The translations under genes were made by a program, and so were the position numbers. A stretch of DNA of 64,000 nucleotides from Rhynchopus sp. YZ270_cl-10 (lineage: Eukaryota), in NCBI GenBank assembly GCA_964035575.1, contig OZ037840.1:1364001-1428000 (forward strand), read 5' to 3'. Numbering within the stretch: position 1 is the first letter of the stretch; every line of letters begins with the position of its first letter. Shown one piece after another: positions 58,429 through 64,000 of this stretch. The notes under the pieces were generated by a model, which was not told the origin of the DNA, did not search any database, and saw nothing but the letters and a program-made list of their open reading frames with translations.

Positions 58429-59559
58429 GCCCGCTGCAGGCGGAGGAAAAATAGAACTGTGTTATTTTTTTCTTCAAAAATGTTGCTTTTGGACAGTTTG
58501 AGGACATGACGACCACCATTTTTTTTTCTCGGTCACTTTATCCCTAAGAAACCCACCTACCTTCTACCGAGTAAAAAACGTGCGCTGGCTGGGACCTTAT
58601 AGCCGGGAAATAAAGTGCGCACATTTTATTTTTTCAAAACCCCAATATCAATACCTGATTTAGAAAAAAGCCTGAATAAATAGTTATTATTTTTTTTTTT
58701 TTTTTTTTTTTGGCCCGGTCTTGCGACCGGGTCAATAGACGCACCTCCAACCCTGAATTTCCTGATTCACCCAATAATGGTTTTGTCATCTGTGTCCAAG
58801 TTATGCTTCGCGGTACACGAGACTTCTTCGCAGCGTGTTTCAACCTTTTTTCGTTGTGATAGCTCTATTTCTTTGTTTTTGTTTTTTTCCCCTTCTTTTC
58901 TGGTAGCAGTAGATTTGAACTCGTTTTATGTTGTATTCCTGAGGAACGTACGCTCCATCTGGGAATGCTGAATTCCCACAATGACGTAAGTTTGTCAAGC
59001 GAATACCTTTTTCTCGAGAAACTAAATACCTGTACTTTATCGTCGGTGTGTTGTCTGGCAAACGGAATATACCACCCATGTATTTTCTGGTCTATTTTTT
59101 TTCCGTACACGGTATTACATTTTCTAACTTCCCTTTTTGTGTTCCACGTGACCAGTGAGGCACATAAGCCTTTGTGAAGTCACGTATTTCTCTTATCGGC
59201 ATGCTTTGTGATGTACGAATCCCCTTTTTCTTTGGGACTACAGAGTCACACGTGTCCTCCCCATGCAGTTGAGTCTCCTTGGGATCGAGCGAGCTCAACG
59301 ACAGTGGTGAACTGGACCCAGCACTTTGTATGCCTTGGCCGCCATGTTTATTTTAATTTTTTTATAAGACATGTGTGCATTTCTAGTGAAATTTTTCAGT
59401 ATCCACGAGTCGTTTTTTCCCTCCCGTGCTCCCCATCTCTCACACATACATTACATCTTCATCAGGAAAATTGTCAATTTTTCGTTCATTATTGTGAACA
59501 GCGTTTGGTGTTTTTTCAAAAAAAAAAAAAAAAAAAAATGTGTGACTGAGTGTGGGGAT

Positions 59560-60351
59560 CAGGGGTCCTAAGAGTGGTAACTTTTACCACTTCTGAAGTG
59601 ACCTTTTTTATTTTTTTGAAATCCGAAGGTCACTTCGAAGTGACCTTCGAAAAGTGCCCTAAAAAGTGACCTTTTTATTTTTATTTTTTGAAATCCGGTG
59701 TCACGAAGTGACCTCGGATGCTTAACATACACCGGGAACACGTTGGAGGGTCCGGGAATTTTTTTCTTTTTTGCCAAGATCAGGGGTCTGCAGGGCTGCA
59801 GGTTGCCACAATTTTAAGCGCATTTTTTTGAAATGTTGCGTACCGTGGCTTCGCCAGAAACTTTCGTTTTAGCAAAATACGTAAGTAATTTACGTAAACT
59901 GACGATAATTACCAACGACAGTGCCATTTTATGTCAACATTTTTTAGAAATGTTGCGTACCGTGACTTCGCCAGGAACCTTTGGGTGACATGACCGCCGC
60001 TTCTTTTATAGATGTACTGAGGTTACTGATAAGAAGGCCGACACCCACTAAACATCTGCCAAAACATCTGCCTATGGCTGTGTTGTGTTATTCGTGGTAA
60101 GAAGCGTAACGGTGGCACCAGACTGCGAGACCGCGAAATTGCCTCACAAAAAAAAATCGTATCTAGTACTCTGTCCCTATGATACGGCGATAACCAACGT
60201 CCGGTGTATGTCCGAGGAATTTGCACCTTTTCGACCTCACTTTTGTTGTTCCTCTGAGGGGGGAAAGTTTTTTTTTTCCCTCCCCAAAAAACGAGAAGTG
60301 ACCTTGAAGTTACCATTTTTAATTTTTTTGAGAACAGCGTTAGGACCCCTG
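59560..60351. mobile_element. hAT-type MITE (array copy)
   Basis: Same TIR/TSD as 4038-4829. Confidence 0.9.
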
Positions 60352-61653
60352 GTGGGGATGCGTTCAAGAATTAAACTCTTCCCCCGAAACCCCCTTTCAT
60401 CTCTAGTTTTCTTTGTCCAAACGTCGAGTGGACGCGTAATTTTTTTTTTTTTTTTTTTTTCATTTTTATCGTTTCAGTGCTATCAATGTATTGATTGCGC
60501 AGTATTATGTTGAAATACTAATTTTTAATTTGTCTCCGTCCCACCCACTACAGCCCACCCCATTCCTCCGAACATTGTTCGGTTGTCTTGAAAGTCGCCA
60601 CAAACCGTCTTTTTTCTCCTTTTTTTTTCTCCCTTTGCTACAAAAAAAAAAAAAAAACAAAGACGGGAGGTGTCGCTTTTGAGCGTCCTTTGTGTGCTTT
60701 CTATTCTTTGAATGGAAAGTACATGAAATTAGTTTTGTTACATTTAGCAAGATGTGTACAGATACGTTCATGTTTCAAAAACAATATATTTTTGCTTCAT
60801 GACAGTCTTGGCAGATCTTACGAACTATTTGTCGTCCTTTCTTTTTTGTGCTTCCTTCTTTTGCTTTCATCCGGATGGCTGGCATCATACGTGGGTCAGT
60901 CGGAGGTGCCTGCATCAACAACTACTATTTCCCCCTGCAAAACAACACAATCCGGGTGTTCGATAACCCCACGGATCCTCACTGGCTGCATATCAGAGAC
61001 GTTTTGCCCTATCTCTTTTCCACCCATACTTCCCCTTGTCAGAATGGCCCACTAGGTAGCGAAGAGACCTCGGTCCCTTCCCCTGCCTGTTCCATGGCCT
61101 GGTTTTGCTGCTAAAGGAAGAACAATAAAAGCCACCCCTTTCCCCCCCACTGTTTTTTTAGGTCACCTTTTGGTGCTGCCTTCAACTCTTTAATAACTCC
61201 CTCCCCCTTTGCTAATCGAGCACAACTCGGGTTTTGTACGAACCTTCCTGGGCGATTGTTTCATAACCATGGAGTTACATGAATAGAAGAAAGTTTGTAC
61301 TGTCTGATGATGCTGTCTGAACCTCTTCTGTGTCACTAGCACAGCGCACAGTAGGTCGAGTATTTGTGGCCATTGCTCAAAGGTGTGAAGGTTTGATGCT
61401 CCCATGGAAACCCCCTACCCTCTACTGCACAGTTGCACAGTAATGCGAGAGTACAACTGACTCGGAACAGCTTTGGAGTGGGCTTGCCTCCCGAGGTGTA
61501 TGCACCTTCTGTGCTGCAATATAGGAACTATGTTCTGCTCCTCGTGTTCCCAGTGAGAACTGAATCACGCCGAGCTTGTTGACTGTCTGTGTGCTTGCAC
61601 CCCACACTCACTCCAGATAAGCCATACACCCTTTGCAACACACTCTCCACACC

Positions 61654-63228
61654 ATGTATTCAGTTCTTGTGGCAGCCATGGCGCTGCACGCTGGTGTGCA
61701 CAACCTCGACAATAGCAGTGGCATCGTGGACTGGCTTCTTCCCGGGCAAATTGCCGACACGGTCTGGACTGTTTCCTGTGACGGCACGTTTGTGGTGCAG
61801 TACTTGAACGACTTTGGTGGCGAGTTCATCATCAGCATCGACGGGAAAGAGGAGTCACGTGTCAGTGGTGAGCACACGACACTGACGAAAACAAGCTTTT
61901 CAGCAAACACAACTGTGTCGATGACTGCGAGTGTGAAGTCGCATGGGAACAAGAAGGTTCTGTTCTCGTGGGCCTGTGACGCTATGCCTGCTGCTCTTCC
62001 ATCAACACTGAACACTGCTGGGGATGTGAGCCACATGAAGTACGGGCCAAGTGAGTTGGTGTACTGGACCCTGCAGTGCAAGGAACACGAAGACGTGCGC
62101 ATCACCTGGACGTCTTTCAACATTGGCAACGACTCTCTGTGGATGAGGGCCCGGCCCACCTTCTTCAACGCGACAGGTTTGGACACTGTTGAGGACTTCA
62201 CCTTCACTTCGACAGGATCCACCTACGTGTTCTTCAAAAGTGAGGCTGGCAGTGATGGTGGTGACTTTGCCTTCCGTTACGAGTGTCTGTCGAACGACAT
62301 TGTACTGCCGAGCAGTGGCATCGTGGACAGGTTGCTTCCCGCAAAGATCGCTGACACCGTCTGGACTGTTTCTTGTCGCGGCATCTTTGTGGTGCAGTAC
62401 TTGAACGACTTTGGTGGCGACTTCATCATCAGCATCGACGGGAATGAGAACTTACGTGTCAGTGGTGAGGACAGCAGAGTTACCAAACTGTACTTTCCAA
62501 CACACGCAACTGCGTCGATGACTGCGAGTGTGAAGACTGGGAACAAGAAGGTGCTGTTCTCGTGGGCCTGTGACGCTATGCCTGCTGCTCTTCCATCAAC
62601 ACTGAACACTGCTGGGGATGTGAGCCACATGAAGTACGGGCCGAATGAGCTGGTGTACTGGGTTCTGCAGTGCAAGGAACACGAAGAAGTGAACATCACC
62701 TGGACGTCTTTCGACATTGGCAACGACTCTCTGTGGATGGTGCAGAGAGAGAGCGGAGTCTGGACCACCTTCTTCAACGCGTCTGGTTTGGACACTGTTG
62801 AGGACTTCACCTTCACTTCGGCAGGATCCACCTTCGTGGTGTTCACCAGTGAGGCTGGCAGTGATGGTGGTGACTTTGCCTTCCGTTACGAGTGTCTGTC
62901 CACACCTGCGCCTCCCACAGCAGAACCGCCGGCTACACCGACAGGAGCACCAACAGCACTGCCGACAGCAGATCTTGACACAAAGGGAGCGTTTGCGTCT
63001 ACTGATTCAGACGACGGAGGGCTCTCTGTGGGTGCCATTATCGGTATCAGTGTCGGTGTGGGTCTTGTTGCGATTGCGGCTGTGGTGCTCGTGGTGTGCT
63101 ATGTGGCAAGGAAGCAAACGACCAGAGCACCTAAATCCCCTAATGCATTCAACGAGTACAGCAAGGCGTATCCCTGTGCTCAGGGCAAAGAGCTCCCGGG
63201 GAGTTATGGCGAACAAAGCGTTGTGTAG
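61654..63228 (+). CDS. CUB-like type I membrane protein, copy 9
   Basis: Identical translation to copy 1. Confidence 0.88.
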   Translation: MYSVLVAAMALHAGVHNLDNSSGIVDWLLPGQIADTVWTVSCDGTFVVQYLNDFGGEFIISIDGKEESRVSGEHTTLTKTSFSANTTVSMTASVKSHGNKKVLFSWACDAMPAALPSTLNTAGDVSHMKYGPSELVYWTLQCKEHEDVRITWTSFNIGNDSLWMRARPTFFNATGLDTVEDFTFTSTGSTYVFFKSEAGSDGGDFAFRYECLSNDIVLPSSGIVDRLLPAKIADTVWTVSCRGIFVVQYLNDFGGDFIISIDGNENLRVSGEDSRVTKLYFPTHATASMTASVKTGNKKVLFSWACDAMPAALPSTLNTAGDVSHMKYGPNELVYWVLQCKEHEEVNITWTSFDIGNDSLWMVQRESGVWTTFFNASGLDTVEDFTFTSAGSTFVVFTSEAGSDGGDFAFRYECLSTPAPPTAEPPATPTGAPTALPTADLDTKGAFASTDSDDGGLSVGAIIGISVGVGLVAIAAVVLVVCYVARKQTTRAPKSPNAFNEYSKAYPCAQGKELPGSYGEQSVV

Positions 63229-64000
63229 AGGAAAGAACTTTGAAAAGAGAGTTAAAAGTCCCTGAAACCGATGAGTGATAAGAGTTAGAGCCCCGTTCAA
63301 ACCTGCTGCCAAACTTGGCCGTAGGACGTCAGGTCGTATTCGTGGCACCTACCTTGTCTTTGTATTGCTCCTACTAGACTTGCTGTAGTGTTTCTTGTTG
63401 TTCACCCTTCAGCTCTACAGCCCTTTTTTTTTTAATTTTGTACAGTATTCCTGACAGAGATGGAGATAGATTTGGGGTTTTCAAAAAAGACCCGGTCTGA
63501 GCTTTTTAGGGTCAAAATTTTTTTTCCGACCGATTTTCTCCCAAATACCTTTTTTTTTTATTTTTTCCAGACCGGGTTTTTTGCCAAAATCCCATTTTTT
63601 TTTTTTTTTTACTGTTTGTGTTATAAATAGTAAGTATATGAATGTATTTTTTTTTTTTTTTTTTTTTTTGGCCCGGTCTTGCGACCGGGTCAATAGATGC
63701 ACCTCCAACCCTGAATTTCCTGATTCACCCAATAATGGTTTTGTCATCTGTGTCCAAGTTATGCTTCGCGGTACACGAGACTTCTTCGCAGCGTGTTTCA
63801 ACCTTTTTTCGTTGTGATAGCTCTATTTCTTTGTTTTTGTTTTTTTCCCCTTCTTTTCTGGTAGCAGTAGATTTGAACTCGTTTTATGTTGTATTCCTGA
63901 GGAACGTACGCTCCATCTGGGAATGCTGAATTCCCACAATGACGTAAGTTTGTCAAGCGAATACCTTTTTCTCGAGAAACTAAATACCTGTACTTTATCG

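Larger units (their letters stand above)
54034..58674. mobile_element. Composite hAT-like unit of two related non-autonomous elements (54034-56949 and 57006-58674), 18-bp TIR CAGGCTTTTTTCTAAATC, outer 8-bp TSD AATAAATA
   Basis: Four TIRs at 54034, 56932-56949, 57006 and 58657-58674; shared ~200-bp left and ~220-bp right ends; AATAAATA at 54026-54033 and 58675-58682. Confidence 0.85.
58691..64000 (+). repeat. Array resumes (one complete unit plus the start of the next)
   Basis: Matches the unit from the T-tract/GGCCCGGTCTTGCG onward. Confidence 0.96.

Noticed and set aside
58223..58519. HSI / VYT repeat ORFs or a CRISPR-like array
   Set aside because: Simple 9-bp tandem repeat without spacers; eukaryotic context and no cas genes

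Overview
Eukaryotic genomic DNA. It is probably from a euglenozoan/diplonemid-type protist; this is inferred from the intronless CUB/PT-stalk surface gene, CA-rich AG acceptor and spliced-leader-like motifs. Most of the window is a near-identical head-to-tail array of a 4958-4960 bp unit. Each unit carries one gene for a 524-aa type I membrane protein with duplicated CUB-like domains (9 complete copies) and a 792-bp hAT-type MITE (8-bp TSD). The array is interrupted three times: (i) a 2.9-kb non-autonomous CAC-terminal DNA transposon (272-3156, TA TSD); (ii) an apparently intact 7.96-kb non-LTR retrotransposon (43513-51468); and (iii) a 6.4-kb nest of non-autonomous DNA elements (52271-58690) that replaces the gene of one unit. 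The retrotransposon is the most interesting object. ORF1 and ORF2 are in the same frame, separated by a single UGA-C stop that is followed 9 nt later by a GC stem-loop. ORF2 starts with an OTU-like cysteine protease that has no AUG upstream of its catalytic Cys, followed by APE, RT and a Zn finger. This suggests a retrovirus-like Gag-readthrough-protease-Pol strategy in a LINE. The element also has an internal poly(A), collinear inverted motifs at its ends and spliced-leader-like motifs in its 5' UTR.
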